This document shows, piece by piece, positions 24,706 to 39,036 of a DNA stretch of 64,000 nt. Every line of letters begins with the position of its first letter. The first letter of the stretch is position 1. This DNA comes from Lytechinus pictus (Eukaryota): contig NC_087251.1 of NCBI RefSeq assembly GCF_037042905.1, positions 18,168,001 to 18,232,000 of the forward strand, written 5' to 3'. The notes beneath the pieces were generated by a model. That model saw only the letters and a program-made list of their open reading frames with translations. It ran no database searches and was not told the origin of the DNA. The position numbers and the translations under genes were made by a program.

Positions 24706-26529
24706 CCCCCAGCTATGGGCTCCCGGCTACCCCTGGATCCGCCACTTTATACACCACCGTAAACTTTGTGATTAAGCAGTAAAAACGCACTTAGTTTAAT
24801 TACACACTGCTTCTAATCATTGTCTAAAAAAATACTAAATTATTCACTGCACCAGACAGATTTAATCAGCCATACGATCATGTCAATTGTAATGAATTAT
24901 GAGATTATATCAATCAGGCTAGGTGTCATGGATGAATGCATCCCTCGCCTTCAGTGGCCGTGAGCAGTGACATGCCCCCCCCCCTATATACACTTTTTCG
25001 AATAAAATTTGTATTATGATAAAAGGAGGCTCATATACAACCCCCCCCCCCCAGGTGTGGGGGGTGGCTGAACCCATAAGGTCTTTGGCTGAACCTCATG
25101 CATGCGAGGGAGCACATATCGAATATGGCCAATGACGGAGGATGTGTGTGAGTGTGTGTGTGTGTGTTTTGTTGTTTTGATTTCCAATGTGGAATTGAGT
25201 GTTGTGATGTTTTCTCGAGATGGTATTATGTGTACAATTTCCGTGTTTAATTGCATATTGGGTAGGCCTACTTATTGTCATAATTATGTAAAAGAGCAAC
25301 AAAGTTAGACCCCCCCCCCAAAAAAAAAAAAAGACCATGAAATTCAAAGGGAGGGCCGGACGACAAGCTAAAAAATGCGGGCTAAAATGCCACAAAAATT
25401 GTTTATGTCATATATATTTGTCAATATATTTTTGTATCATAATCTTTTACGAATACTCAATATCAAATTATTTAACATACTTACTTTACGTTATAATTTT
25501 ATCCAACGATGATATTTTGATGATTATAATCATTGTCATCTATTTTCTTTAATAGCACTTTGTGAAATGTAACTGTTTGAAAATAAAAACATTTATCATC
25601 AAACTGAATTGAATATTCAAATGCACTGCTTTTTCTATATATGAATTTGTTTCACTCGTGTATTGTCATAAACTATCACGTCGACATCAAATTTGTGTGT
25701 AGTCGATTTGGTAAAACAACATGGAAGTCCACTTTCAATATAACATCTTTGCATGGCGTCATGCAGTTTTGTAAAGATAACTTGGAGGGATATTTTCTGT
25801 AAACATAGAGAAAAAATGTTTGTGTTATTAAAGTCGACTTTGTGAAATAATTCATACCACCCGTCGAATGTCAACTAGTATTTGATAAGTCAAAAAGGAT
25901 ATACTGTATATTTACATATCGACAAAATATCTCGACCATTAGTCGCAACTTTTGATAGAAATAAATTACCAGCACTCTTGAACGTGACCAGCTGTATAGG
26001 GATATCCATCTTAACTGTGCTTTCACAGATGGCTTGCTCATTTCCAAGCTGAAACATTAATTTTTTAGAGATTATTGCGGGTTCTCAGTCTCATCAGATC
26101 GTTTGATTGGGCAACTTTCATGTTGATGGCGCTCTACAAACTTTCGAATCGGATTGGGTTGGATAAAATATGGAGATCAATTATACTTTGTGAGTTTAAA
26201 AAAAATTGACACCTGACAAACCACAATTTTAAGAATAAATGATAATGGCCGGGAAGAGGACTCAGGAGGTATTCTTTAGTGGTGTAAATTTTGATTTGCG
26301 CCAAAGTAAGTCATGACTGCAATGATGATGTCATGATCCTATATGTGTTCGTAAACATAATTTTTATTTGCAAATCTCTTTTCAATTATTAAATTGAGGA
26401 TGATAGTGTTTATTGAACAATAATGTAAATTACTGAAAAGGGGTGTTTTTTACTCTTGTATAGCCTAGAGATTATGGCATCATTGACTTTTGGCGCAAAT
26501 CAAAATTTACATTGCTGCAAAGAATACCT

Positions 26530-26832
26530 ATGGGGAGCGTTTTATGGAAGGACTTGTCAGACGTTTTATCCGACAAGTCCTGCTTTATCCGATAATTACT
26601 ACAGCGCCAGTGCCTCTTTTAGCCAATCAAAATCAAGGAAAGATGTCAGATCTGACAATTTGTCGGACAATCATGAAAGGACTTGTCGAACGCTTTATGT
26701 GACAAGTCCAGGTTTATCCGACAGTAACCTTTAACGTTAGTAATACTGCTTCTCAGCCGATCAAAATCAAGAAAAGTTGTCAGATATGACAGCTTGTCAG
26801 ACAAAAATATTGATGAAAATGAATGCTGCCCT
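26530..26832. repeat. Internally repetitive MITE-like interspersed repeat
   Basis: Two ~140-bp sub-repeats (ggacttgtc..tttatccgac..agccaatcaaaatcaagg). A related fragment lies at ~62430-62505. Confidence 0.55.
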
Positions 26833-27239
26833 GATCACCCAAGCCGTTAACACATACCGGTATATAATAATTATGTGTTCATTACATATTTTCCTTACAT
26901 TGGGGATTTGTGAGATATCATTTTTTTTCACTCACACGGTAGTTCTGTGCATGCTACTTTTCTTTATCCGGTAAAACCACCGACGGGCAAATTTTATATT
27001 TCCTTCATTCTTCTTTGTAAAATCACTTATGATGTTCAGGGAAATAAGACATGTAGATTCATTGGTTCTGTGTCGTTTCAAGAACCGAGTTGTCTTGTTT
27101 AGAACCCCAGTTCTTTTTCCAAATTGAGAAAATGATAAATCTGAGAATGGGAGGGTGGTGTATCGTTGGGAAAAAGAGAATGAAAGAGAAAGAGGGGGAA
27201 GAGAGCAGAAAAAGCTTCGAGAAGAAAAAAAAAAGGAGA

Positions 27240-27320
27240 ATTGGGAGAAGAAGGAGAAGAAGAAGAAGAAGAAGAAGGAGAAGAAGAAGAAGAAAGATCG
27301 AAGAAGAAGAAGAAGAAGAA
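27240..27320 (+). repeat. (GAA)n purine microsatellite
   Basis: Direct inspection. Confidence 0.95.
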
Positions 27321-27424
27321 CTTTGATCCACCCTATGATGACTTGGAGGAAGACGGCAAAGATCGACGAAGAAGAATAGGGCTTTGGAATAAATCAAGCT
27401 ATATGAACAGGCCTTGGAATAAAT

Positions 27425-27607
27425 TGAAGAGCGCCATCTTTCTTTTTCCTAAATTATTTTGGTGCAGCAGCACTTGGACTGGAGTCTTTTGGAGACCATT
27501 TTTTGTACATTGGGAACAGAATTATAGTTATACCTTCTGGAAGTTCACCGCGAGGCATATTCATCGCATTCCTAAATCTAACTCCTATATTTTAAGAAGC
27601 TGTGCAG
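27425..27607 (+). promoter_or_regulatory. Candidate non-coding first exon / TSS region of the CEP170-like gene
   Basis: YY1-like GCGCCATCTT at ~27430 and consensus donor CAG|GTGAGT at 27607/27608 in a CpG-richer zone. No transcript evidence. Confidence 0.35.
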
Positions 27608-27769
27608 GTGAGTAGATCTACTCTTAAGTAATTCAGTCAATTTATTGTGGTGAGAGGGTGACGAACAAGTGAACGATGAACAGACTGCTTTGCCTGGCTT
27701 TGGAATTGGCATTGCAATTTGCATTGCCATTACAGCTGGCAGCCGTCTGCGTCTGGACTCTGTAACTTA

Positions 27770-28752
27770 CCGTAAGTAACGGTGTATTAACCGCACCTTT
27801 TTCTCGGCGGGATATAAGCAAAAGTCGGGGGTGCGGTTTATACACGGTGACGGGTCTGAGCCCGCCCGCGTAGCCCCTCCCGAACATGTAAGAAGTCTGC
27901 CAGTTCACAACACATCGAGTGGCCGGCCGTAGCCGCCCAGTGCAATGTCGTTTAGAGGGGTATGAGCCGCGGGTAATGGGTAGCGATTATTATGATCTTA
28001 TGATCAAATACTGTCGTAACAAATGCACCCACCTTCATGACACTAATTTCGACTTTATTCTCGATTCAAAGCAGCGAAGTTCCCTGGCTAAGTTCATAGA
28101 GACGCCAAGCATTCTCGGTAATAATTTGTCACAGCTGAGCGAGAGCCAAGAGCTAGCTTGCGTTGTATTTTGGTTTTAGTGCGACTTAAGCTGGCGCTAT
28201 TCATTTAATTTAACCCCTCAAAGTCCCGTTTCGCGCCAGCTTATTTTTTTCTTTCCCGTTTGCTTTTCATAAGATACCATGTACACCGTGCACCACGCAC
28301 GATAGAGACGGCACGAAGCCGTCAAACAACTGGAAAAAATACAAATTTCTTTGTTTCTTGAACCTTCCTGTAATCCCGTATCCAAAATTCATGCTAAGAC
28401 ATCGAATGCTAGACAAATTCTGAAAGTGATTGTGAGGTTGTGATGCAAGAAGTGTGAAAGACACAGATCACAATTTGATAAGATGTACTGGTAGTGGTAC
28501 CGTATCGAAGTTTGAAATGTACATGTACAAGAAAGGCAGTGCTGTGTGTGTGTACACTGTGACTGTGAGGTGAGTGAGTGTGTAAATTGCCAATATTGGC
28601 GGGACCTTTCTTTCTTGCTAACAGTAACATTTGTAGATGAATTGATCAAGAACAGCAGATTTCTACATACTGGTAATCTCTTTGAATACTTTGAAATCTT
28701 TAACTTTAATAGTTTTTGTTTCTTCGTACCTAAAATATGCATGTAAATGTGA

Positions 28753-28809
<57 letters not shown>

Positions 28810-28858
28810 TGGGGGTGCGGTTTATACACGGGTGCGGTTAATACACCGTTACTTACGG
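27770..28858. mobile_element. Tc1/pogo-like non-autonomous DNA transposon, perfect 28-bp TIRs, TA TSD
   Basis: CCGTAAGTAACGGTGTATTAACCGCACC at both ends, TA at 27768-69 and 28859-60. Internal direct repeat ggtgcggtttatacacgg. No transposase ORF. Confidence 0.9.
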
Positions 28859-30649
28859 TAGTCTGTTTGGAGGAGTTTAAAAAAAAAATTAATTTTTTTA
28901 ATTTCTCCTTGAATGCAGACGGCTCGTGATCGTGCAGCCGCCATTAGATGGTTAAGAATGCAAAATCTCCCCGACGGGGCTCATCAATTTTTGTCGGCCT
29001 TTAATGATATTGAATATTGATAAAGTCACCTCTCTTCTCGGATCTCGTGTGTGTGTGCTCGTTGTGTATGGTAGTGGATCGTATTACCAAACACTTTTCA
29101 TGAATTCAATCATATCAAACACATTTTTCTCATAAAATTCACCAAACTTTCACCATAAATACACAATTACCTACAAAATATAAATATGTAAAAATTTTGC
29201 CGAAATTGTATTTCCTTTTTACGATATTAGCTTCCAATCGGACCCCTCTTCGCATGTGAAATATTTTGGTCACTTGAAAAAGGTATCGTATTACCGAACG
29301 TGTGTTTTCTATGGGAAAAGTTGAGAAAACAACAAAATCACTGATGAGCTATTTTGACCATATTTTATTATTTTTAGAATATTAAGACTTTGAAAATGTG
29401 TTTTTTACAATTTTTCATCATCTTTCTATTCAAGTTCTCTTTGGAAGGATTCTGCAAAATTTTGAGCGTATGAAATTATTTCTGATGCGTATGATGCGCG
29501 CGTTCGGTAATCAAGGCCGGTCGGTAATACAAGCACTCACTATTATTACTACGTCACTACTACAAAGTCAATGGGAGAGCTACGCGGGCGGGAGCCCAGG
29601 GGCTTACCGTGTATTTGCATGACCATAGTCACGGGACTAGGGTAATTTATGGTTTAAATATCTATAAAAATGAATTGTGAAAACAGAAATTATGCACTTA
29701 CCACGATTATATGGATGAAGGTCTAATGTGGCAGTATCCTGACATCGAGGCACAGACTGGAACCTCAAAAAAACGAAAAGTTCTGTCGCGGTAGCTCTCC
29801 TTCTTTCAGAATTCATAGCAAAATGGCCGATCGAGACCGGTACCGAGGGTGTAGGGCGCATGCGCGAATTTGACCAAGTCTATATGCGCTAGTGCTATAG
29901 CGCTCGGTCTTGATCAGCCTTAACTACAGTATCTATGGAGAAAAGGGTGTGCTGGCGCACCCTCCTTGATTACTTCTAAATTTTGCTTTTTGACGGGGTA
30001 AAAGGGAAGAAATAAAGATTAATTCATATAAGATAGATTCAGCTTATGATGGTGGGCCCCAAGTCTGCGCACCTAACAAAGTGAGTTAAGATTTAACATG
30101 AATTTCTTCTTATTTCACAAAATATTTTGGTTACGGTAATAGTGTTCCTTATATTATTAAGAGTAAGTGTACCAAATTTCTCATTAATAAATGAAAGAAA
30201 ATATAAGATTTTCTTGAAAAAACCTTTGGGCAGTCATTTTCAGATTGAAAAAAAAATGGTACCCCATGTCTGCGCACTCATTCACTTTGCACACGATTCA
30301 GGGATTTTGATGACAAAGGCTGCATTTACGCGGGTGCGCAGACTTGGGAGACCGCGCAGACATGGGGGAACTGACCATACTACCTTTCCTAAAAATATTC
30401 TGGAAAATAGCGAATTTTGATGACAGACGATCAGGATCAGCCAGATTCTTCTTTGATCGCTTGATCGCCGTCAGCACAGCTACAGCTGAGCATACGAATG
30501 TGCCAGCCAATCCGCTGGCGCGTCCGCATGCTCAGCTGTAGCTGACGGCAATCATCCTTCTGTGTAGGAGGAGGACCAAAAAAAATCAGAAAATCTTGAA
30601 AAACTCCTCCGAAACAGCGGATTCATGGAATACACCTGGTGGAGGCTGA

Positions 30650-31378
30650 TAAAGCAAATACCTTGGTGTAAACTTCCAGGAAAACCTGAAGTGGAATCAC
30701 CATGTAGACAAAACAACTAAGTCTGCCAACTCAGTCAGCAGCTTCCTGCAGAGAAATATCAGGGACTGCCCTCTCAAGACGAAAGTGTTGTGCTACAAAG
30801 CACTTGTCCTTCCAGTACTGGAATATGCTGCTGTGGTATAGGACCCATTTACCCAGAGGAACATCTCAAAACTGGAAATGGTACAACGCCGTTACGCCCG
30901 CTTTGCTTTAGGAGACTTTCGACGTACCAGCAGCGTATCAGATATGCTAAAGCAACTCCAGTGGGCTACGCTTCAGGAAAGAAGGGCACAACAGAGAGCT
31001 AGCATGGTCTACTGCATCATCAACAAGCTTATTGACATCCCGGATGACCAGTTTATTCCATCAACTGGACCATGTACACGTGGAAATCCTGATAAGTTCC
31101 AAATCCCATGTGCCAGAACACAAATATATCACACAGCATTCTTTCCTGATGCTATCAGAATATGGAACTCACTCCCAGCAAAGATAGTTAACAGCACCTC
31201 CCTCGCGTCTTTCAAGCAGGAGGTGCAGCAAAGGAGGCTTCGTTAAGGCCTCTTCTGTTTTTAGCCGCACATAGTTTTGTAGAGATTTTTACTCGCACTA
31301 TTCATCTGGGCACTTGACAAGCACAAGTACGATAATATGCCAACGGCAGTCTGTACTTTACAGGAAGAAGAAGAAGAT
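30650..31378 (+). mobile_element. 5'-truncated CR1/L2-group LINE (RT C-terminus, 3' UTR, (GAA)n tail)
   Basis: KYLGV..LKWNHHV..FLQRNI..LEY..LEMVQRRYARF..FFPDAIRIWNSLP*, tail caggaagaagaagaaga. Confidence 0.9.
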
Positions 31379-34300
31379 GTATCAGTCTACCCCCTCCCTG
31401 GCTCTGACCCCAATATTGACCTGACTGTCCACGAAGTGGCAGCCAGGGGTGGCGTTCGGGCCGGTAATGTGACAAGCCGACCCTCGTGGCACAACTTTAC
31501 AAGCTATTGGTTGTTGTGGGTGCTGCTCAACCCCAGTATGTGTGTTTAATTGAGTTTATAAAGTCGTGTACCCGTACCGTATCCATCGAATATGATTATT
31601 TACGTATGGGACAGACCTTTAATTCCTTGAGAAAGACTTGATCTGGGCTTGAACCTCTGCATCAATCCCAGATATCTGACTAAGGCGTTTTGTATAAAAT
31701 CCGAGTAAACCTAGATGCTTGTTTGGAGGATTGGTGATCACATGAATTGAATAAATATGCCTACTCCATTCTTCAATGCAGCATGCATTTTGGTTAGACT
31801 AGATCTAGAGTAACCAGAGGGGGGCAAATTTGACCCCCTTTTTTACATTTTCAAAAATATCTTTCTAAATAAAACATGCTGAAAAATAATAATTTCGATT
31901 TCAAAAGAAAATTTTAGAACTTGACAGAGGCTCATTTACTATACATATTTTCTTCAGTTTTCAAACTTTCTGGGGGGGTAGGGGCAATACTCCTCTCAAA
32001 TGCCCCCCCCCCCCCCCTTGGTGCCGCCACTGAGTGCTTAGAATGTCAAATTTTCAAGTCTAAATATGAAAATATTTGCTTTATTTGTTTGGTGAAATAT
32101 GTATACCGGTATATGATTATGAGTCATTGGAAACAGTCCTTAACAGGTTTAATCTTTTGTAGCTAGATCAGCTATAAGCTAGTGTATAGGCCTACACAAA
32201 AAATTTCAGCTCGCGCTCAGTCGTGCCTCTCCTGATCTCTGTTTAGTTAGATCATCTTGTTAATGATTACAAATAATAATAACAATGTGATTTTTAATGC
32301 ACCAAATCCACTCGGCAGAGTGCCAAAGGCGCAGAAAATACTGCTCAGAATATTCAATATAAAGGTATATTATAAAATCTCACAAAATTTGAGGTCGCAC
32401 GCTTGATACAGGCCTTATCTTGTTGAAGCTGAGATGAATCTACTTAAACTTCAGTCTGACTATTAGACCCCTCAAAAAATAAAGCCGATCTGGAAAAAAA
32501 TATGAATGAAAGTAGGCCATAATGTATTTTCCGGACCCTTGATGAAAGCTGGATCTGCCCCTGGGTATGAGGAAAGAAATGTAACTGAGAAGAATGAGGA
32601 ACACCATCGTGACTCCTGGTCAGTAATAGGTACCAATCAATGAGGCCTCCACACCCCACCACCTTGGAGCCTCCCCACTGGAATAGGCCTAGCGACGCCC
32701 CTGCACCCCCATTATAAGGTGGGGTGATAACTTCACGTAGATCCAAACTTCAATTGCGCACAGCTTTTATGGATCTCGATCACTTGTGTAATTTCTTGGT
32801 AGCTTGGTTCTTTGAAAGACACCATAGAAAAAATGTGCTTGCTAGCTTCAGGAATTCACCCCAAACTTGCACGGAACTTAATACCCACCATTTACAACAA
32901 GCTGCCTGGCCTGGTGAAAAAATTTATTGAAAAATTTCAGGTAGAAGCAGGCCCTAGGTCTATATACATGTAGATGAGTCCACCACATATCGACCACCTC
33001 TTTTGAAACCGATCACCTTGCGTGCGCGCATGAAGATTATTGCATATTACAAATGCTGTGCGAGTAGGCGCAGTGTCCATAGGAACGATAAAAATCAATT
33101 TTACAAGAGAAAAAGAGGAATAAAAAGGTAGAAAATTTGTAGAATTTATCAATATTGTATTGACCAGACCCAAACTCCACTGCAAAATAGCTGTTCATAC
33201 CAAGAAATCAAATCGGAAACGGCTTTAGAACATATTTCCGTCGTCAATCGTCATATCATGTGCCAGAGCCTGCAATGGAAGTAGCGAGAAAATCAACCAG
33301 CATATGACATCATTGAACTCGACTTGGAAGAGTAGAAATATTTTGCCAGCACGACAAGAATCTGCCTCAAAATTTGTGTATGGCGGGTGGTCAGTCCTAA
33401 AAAAGGGGTGCAAATGAGCAACTTTGAACCCATCGCACTCGCATCACAACATGTACTGTATAAGATCTGCAGTTAAAATGCAGATAATTAGAAAAATCAG
33501 CTCATACCTACAGCTAATTATTCACCTGTTCATCCATTGTGACGTCAGCACGCAGAGTGTAAAATATCCGCAGATCATAATGCGCACAAACATAACTGGA
33601 ACGTCCTTAAATTTGGAAACCGACATTGAACATACCCTATAGAACGAGAAGAAGCATGAATTCAATACAGGGTCCTGTAACACAATTGTTTGCAATTATT
33701 TGCTAAATTACCTATCAAGATAATCGTTGCATGCGCATTTTGCTCAATAGACTAATAAGGAACCAATCAAAATTGCTCTTTCAAATTAGCGATTAATCGC
33801 TAACCCTTGTGTTATGGTTCCCAGGTGTCAAACGATTTTCCTTTGGAGTTGGGAATAGTTAGGGTACTCCTGATTTTTTTTAAGGGGGAGGGGTGGGATT
33901 GGGACTTGAAATTGAAATCACATTGTTGTTTTATTGTTTAGCTTGATGGAAATTCATTTTGTTTACATGCGAACATACAAATTACAACACATAAAGAAAA
34001 TATACATAAATCAAGGAGAAACAAGTTCAAAATATTGGCGTGATAATGAGATCATTATTATAATACAATAAGTAGGCCTATTCAGTATCAAATCAAATTT
34101 TGGATCATTTCAGAACTTTTCAATGAATAAGAGTATCAGGTCATTAAATTTATTTTCTTTTTATTACTTGAAGCATGATTCACATATAAATTTACAACTC
34201 AAATTAACCATGCTGACGGTAAAACTATTCATTGTTGTAATTTTGCTGTTACTATTATTATTATTGTTATTATTATCATTATTATTATCATTATCATTAA

Positions 34301-36939
34301 TATTATTATTATTATTATCATTATTACTACTATCATTACTCTTTACTTTTGTGGCAGTTGTTTGTGTTTGTAAGGAGACATAGATGACAATATTGAAGGA
34401 TAAGAGTAATTTTGTAATTGGGTGACTTGTTCTCTATTTAATGATTCAGAAGACGAATTGTGTAAAGGAATAAAAGAATAAAATAAATACATTGTGTTCT
34501 TCTCTGCTGCGTGACGCTACAAAGTGAACATTAATCCAATGTTGCTTTTATTCTATTTTCAATTCTTATGGAAAGCTAAACCAAAAGATTTGGTTTGTCC
34601 TCATGAAAATGTAAAATAATGAACATTTGCAAGTGGTAGGCCTATACACCAGACGAGTAGTGCATGAAGCGCATCATCTGGATATTGCTTGTAGTGCTCC
34701 TGAATGTCACAAGCTCCACGTGGAAGTTCAATTCATCCTGTGATAATGCAACATGTCACACACATACACACATCTCTCCAATGATATGTACAAATGCATG
34801 TAGCCTTTCTCGTATTTCCAAGGGGCCTCTGTAATAAACTTGGGGGAAGGATTTTTAGTAGCAGGGTGTCTAGACTATGGCCTGGATATATAAGCGTGAC
34901 GTCAAACTAGAGGGCTCTCTAGCTTGTATGTAATGTAGTAGTGTTTTCGCTGGTACATTTGCTCCTCAAAATGCTATTTCATTTCTTCTTCTGAAGTGTA
35001 TTGTATCAATGGTTGCTTTTGTACCCACCCAATGAAAAAGAAAGTGAATTTCTTTCAATACCTCCTCAAAAGAAAATACCTTAAAGATAAGGGCCTTTGC
35101 AAAATTACAAAAACGTTTGAGGGATCTCTCCTATATTGCAGGATATTTGCAACTGTGTGAAAGCAAATAAAAGGGTGAGGAAAGAATTCACTACCGTATA
35201 TGCCTCACTTGCTATGGGAATGCAATTTATGTTTCAGGCTCAGAGCTCTTTCTGGTTCAGGCATGTGTGAATATGAGAAACAATTAAAATTATATTGATA
35301 TTTTATTTGATTCATTCTGTAACATAGTAACAAAATAGAGCGGTTACCTGATAGAGACACTAACCAAATTCCCATTTCTCAAGAGACTTTCAATCTCACT
35401 TCAAGGCAAATTGTATAAACATATTGATCAAAGTCCAGATGGTGACCCCTTAGAAATAGCGGAAAAGAAATTTGTCTTTCCTGACATGTGACCAGGAATA
35501 GTAAATAATGAGTGAGGAAGCATTCCACGCTGGCTGGCTAGTGGGTCGTTCAGGTGTATGCTCCCTATCTCAGTGACTCATCGATGAATCACTCATTCAA
35601 ATTGGATGCAGAGAATGGTGCTGGTGCCGAGTTGATGAAGGAAAAAAAATAAAGTAAGCAATTATATATTGAAATTTGCCTTAGGGGATTGGGAAGATGG
35701 CCATATTGGAGGAAATAGATTGGCATTAATGTAGCTCATTTGAGGATGATATGAAAGGGAGGGATATGATACTGCTGTTTGGGGGTATTCTGGTCATTGT
35801 AGCAGCTTGGTCGTCATTGGAGTGTAGCAAGTAAGTCTGGGATTGCCTCTGGCTGGTTTGTGTTTGGTCTTTGACTTCACTTTGTGGTACCTGTGAGTAT
35901 CATGGTAAGTTGTCGAGTTTGCTTGTAAGATTCTTGTGAAACGAAATTGAAAGATTTGCTGATTTTGTCGATATACAGTACATGTATGCCTCCATCTAGT
36001 GAAATGTTGCCATGATAACTTTTATTTGTTGGACATTTTTTGGATGACAATTTCAAAGGATACTGTATAAAGAACGTATAAAAAAATTCAATATTTTATT
36101 TGTTTGAGGAAACAAAATCTATAAACTTTTACAATTTTCTCAGTCTATATCTAATATCTAAAACAGCATGACCCTGATCTGCTCTGCGTGTTTCCCTAAA
36201 AATATCCAATCTTAAATTTCAATATAAAAATGTGTTATAAAATCCTAGTAATAAGTATTACTTGTGTACAGTAAATTTATGTAGAAAACAATTTTAACTC
36301 CATTGGATTCTACCTGTATGTTGTATGCAGTGCTGTTTCTGTATCAGTGTGTACTGTGTAGTACATGTACACTTACATGTATGTATGCTTTGGAGTTTGT
36401 ACTGAATTTTAGTATTCAGTTATAAAGTAATTTATTTTTCATGATGAAATATCATGAGTGATGAATCTTTTTCAAAAGTACCTCTTATATACTAGTAGAT
36501 AGAATTTTATTTTAACAGATGTGTCTATAAATTGTTTTTCACAGAGAATGATAATTTGTCTTGTTTATAGTAGGCATCGCCATACACCTCTTTTGTCATT
36601 TTGACAATTAATATGACAGATGCATATTAAAAAATTGTACATCCATTGTGAGGAAGGATGATACAGTTATGAGTCATACATGTACAGTAGTACATGTTAG
36701 CCAAGTGATATACATGTACTGTATGCGACTCTCCATATATCCATAATTGCACTGACATTTGTCATCTAATGTCATTACCGTCACTGTATCGAAGTTTTGT
36801 CGGTCTACACAATATATTGGATGTAGAATGTTTGGCAGAAATAGGCACATTGTTTACCATTTGCATGCAGATCTTCCCTTTCAAATGTTCTTTATTTATT
36901 TTATTTATTTATTTATAAGTCTTATTTTAGTAGGGTGGC

Positions 36940-37380
36940 TCCATCAGTAATTGGTATACTGTTGTCCTTGGAGGCCCTACAACAAAAATACAAACATATA
37001 ACAAACATGGGTAAAATAGTGTACAATGTAAGTTGAAACGAACAAACTGTAAAGAAAAGAACAACACATAAGGGCCAGTTTATAAATTAAGATTATTATA
37101 ACGCCAAAATAAAAGACTAAATGAGGATTCGGATTGGGCATTTCTTAAAAAATTTGGTAAATTGTTCCAAATGAATGCACCAGCAAATGAAAAACTTTGT
37201 TTGCCCATTTCTGTTCGAATTTTGGGTAAAATCAAACCTGTGCTTTGTGCACTACAAGTACGAATACTATGTACAGTTTCAGATTTTTTAAAGATATTTA
37301 ACAAATAGGCTGGATTTTTATTAAAGAATACAGAAAATATCATTTTACATTTAAAATATTTCCATCTATCTTCTGTCTTT
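36940..37380 (-). mobile_element. LINE (L2-like) 3' fragment
   Basis: PAYL..LPKIRTEMGKQSFSFAGAFIWNNLP is a typical C-terminus of L2-group ORF2. Confidence 0.75.
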
Positions 37381-38940
37381 TCATTCATTTCAAATTGGGC
37401 AACATCCCCAACCATTCCATGAGTGTTGTTCACTGTTCCACTTAATTGCTATGAGTTTGTTTTTCCTAAAATGATTATGGTGTGTGGATGATATGGAATA
37501 AAGTTAGTGGATGTATTTTGTGGTTTAACATACAAAATATTTTGAATCAGTATTTGGTACCTGATTGATGTATTTTTAATCTTGTTGGTATGAAATCATT
37601 ATCAAACATGGATTGAGCTGGAAATTTAGGATATGAACTTTCTAGCTTCCTGATATGCAATTACGAGATATACATGTATAAAATAAGTGCTCCAAGGGGT
37701 GCTTTTGAAAGGGAGAGGGCCCAGCAGGCATATCATGTAGGCCCTTGATATTTTTGATGTAAAATAATAATTTAAAAAATAATGAATCATGGATAAAAGA
37801 ATGGTCACTACATTTTTAATACAAGATTCTAATTTAAGATGATACCACAATATATGTACATTGTAATTCATATTATTGAACCTTGTGTGCGCTTGCAAGC
37901 ATTGAGATATTGCAGTCCATTTGTTGCATTTTGTCAATGTTTTACATTATTTTGCTTGATGTAATGTAATTTCCTGTTTTGTATGCGTCTTGACTTTATT
38001 ATTTATTTCTGTTGCATGTTTATTGTTTTATTTCTGTTCTTTTGCTTTTGTCCTCCCTCTTTTATTTCCCATCACAGCCTACATGTATCATTGTGCTTGG
38101 CTTTGATTGAGTTTCTGCTTCATCAACATCAGCATGACCTCAGATGACCTTTGAATAGTGCATTGACCCATATCCTGAACCTGATAGTCAAATGTTTGTC
38201 AAATCCATGTGTCTCTCATTCTCTATCCCTGGATGTATGGATTAGCTCTGGATTTAATGGGGGGAGGTCAGATTCCCTATCAGGCTAAAGGAAGTTGAGA
38301 TCTGTTGCATTTGGCTACAGAAGTACTGGGGGAAGATCGCAATCACTGGAAATTACTCCTAAATTCTTTGCAAACAGCTCATGCCTTGTGTGCCTTCCTG
38401 TAATGCTACAAACATGCACGGTTGGAATATTAGAGAACATAGCTAGGGGCTGCTGCTGCTTGCATGCCTTTGGCCTATGAACACATATGTTTATCTACCC
38501 TGTTTACAGCTGAGCGTTACATATGCTGAAGTTCAAGTAGAGTTGATTACCATGGAAGCGAAGATGTAATCTGCGTATAACATAGATCTGGAGTAATGTA
38601 ATAACAGACCTAATCAGCAAGTTTTGAGGGGCAAGATGCTGTTTTCATAATTGGGCCAAGTAACCGCATATCATCAGCTATGTTTGTTGGAGGAAACGCT
38701 AATTTCCAATAAACTCATCAAGTTCTGTGCAAGTGCACTTTAACTTTTAGTAGGACATCACATTACGAGGCTACCCATGAACTGTTATGTTTGGATGCTC
38801 ACACATACATTTGACATACTTGCCACAAAAGTACATCTCTAGCAGCCTGACCTGGGATTACGGGACATAAAAGATCAATTTTGTAAGGAATCCCTCCCCA
38901 TTACCTCTGCCCTGTTGACCCATTGTGGCATGTTGTTGCT

Positions 38941-39036
38941 ATGGCGTGGTGTTTGGTTGCCAACACGGGAATGCTGCACATCCTACAGCAGGATTTGATG
39001 TTGATTGGTCGAGACCAGTGTGACATCTCCATCCAG
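38941..39036 (+). CDS. CEP170: CEP170-like, coding exon 1 (MAWCLVANTGMLHILQQDLMLIGRDQCDISIQ)
   Basis: Aligns by eye to the vertebrate CEP170 N-terminus (W.LV..G..H.L.....GRD.C...Q). In-frame upstream stop at 38884. Donor CAG|gtgagt, phase 0. Confidence 0.85.

Noticed and set aside
27059..27615. Poly-Glu/Arg/Lys/Leu ORFs
   Set aside because: Translations of a (GAA)n microsatellite in multiple frames, with no domain or splice support.
34123..34383. Poly-Leu 'membrane protein' ORF
   Set aside because: Translation of a (TTA/TCA)n microsatellite.
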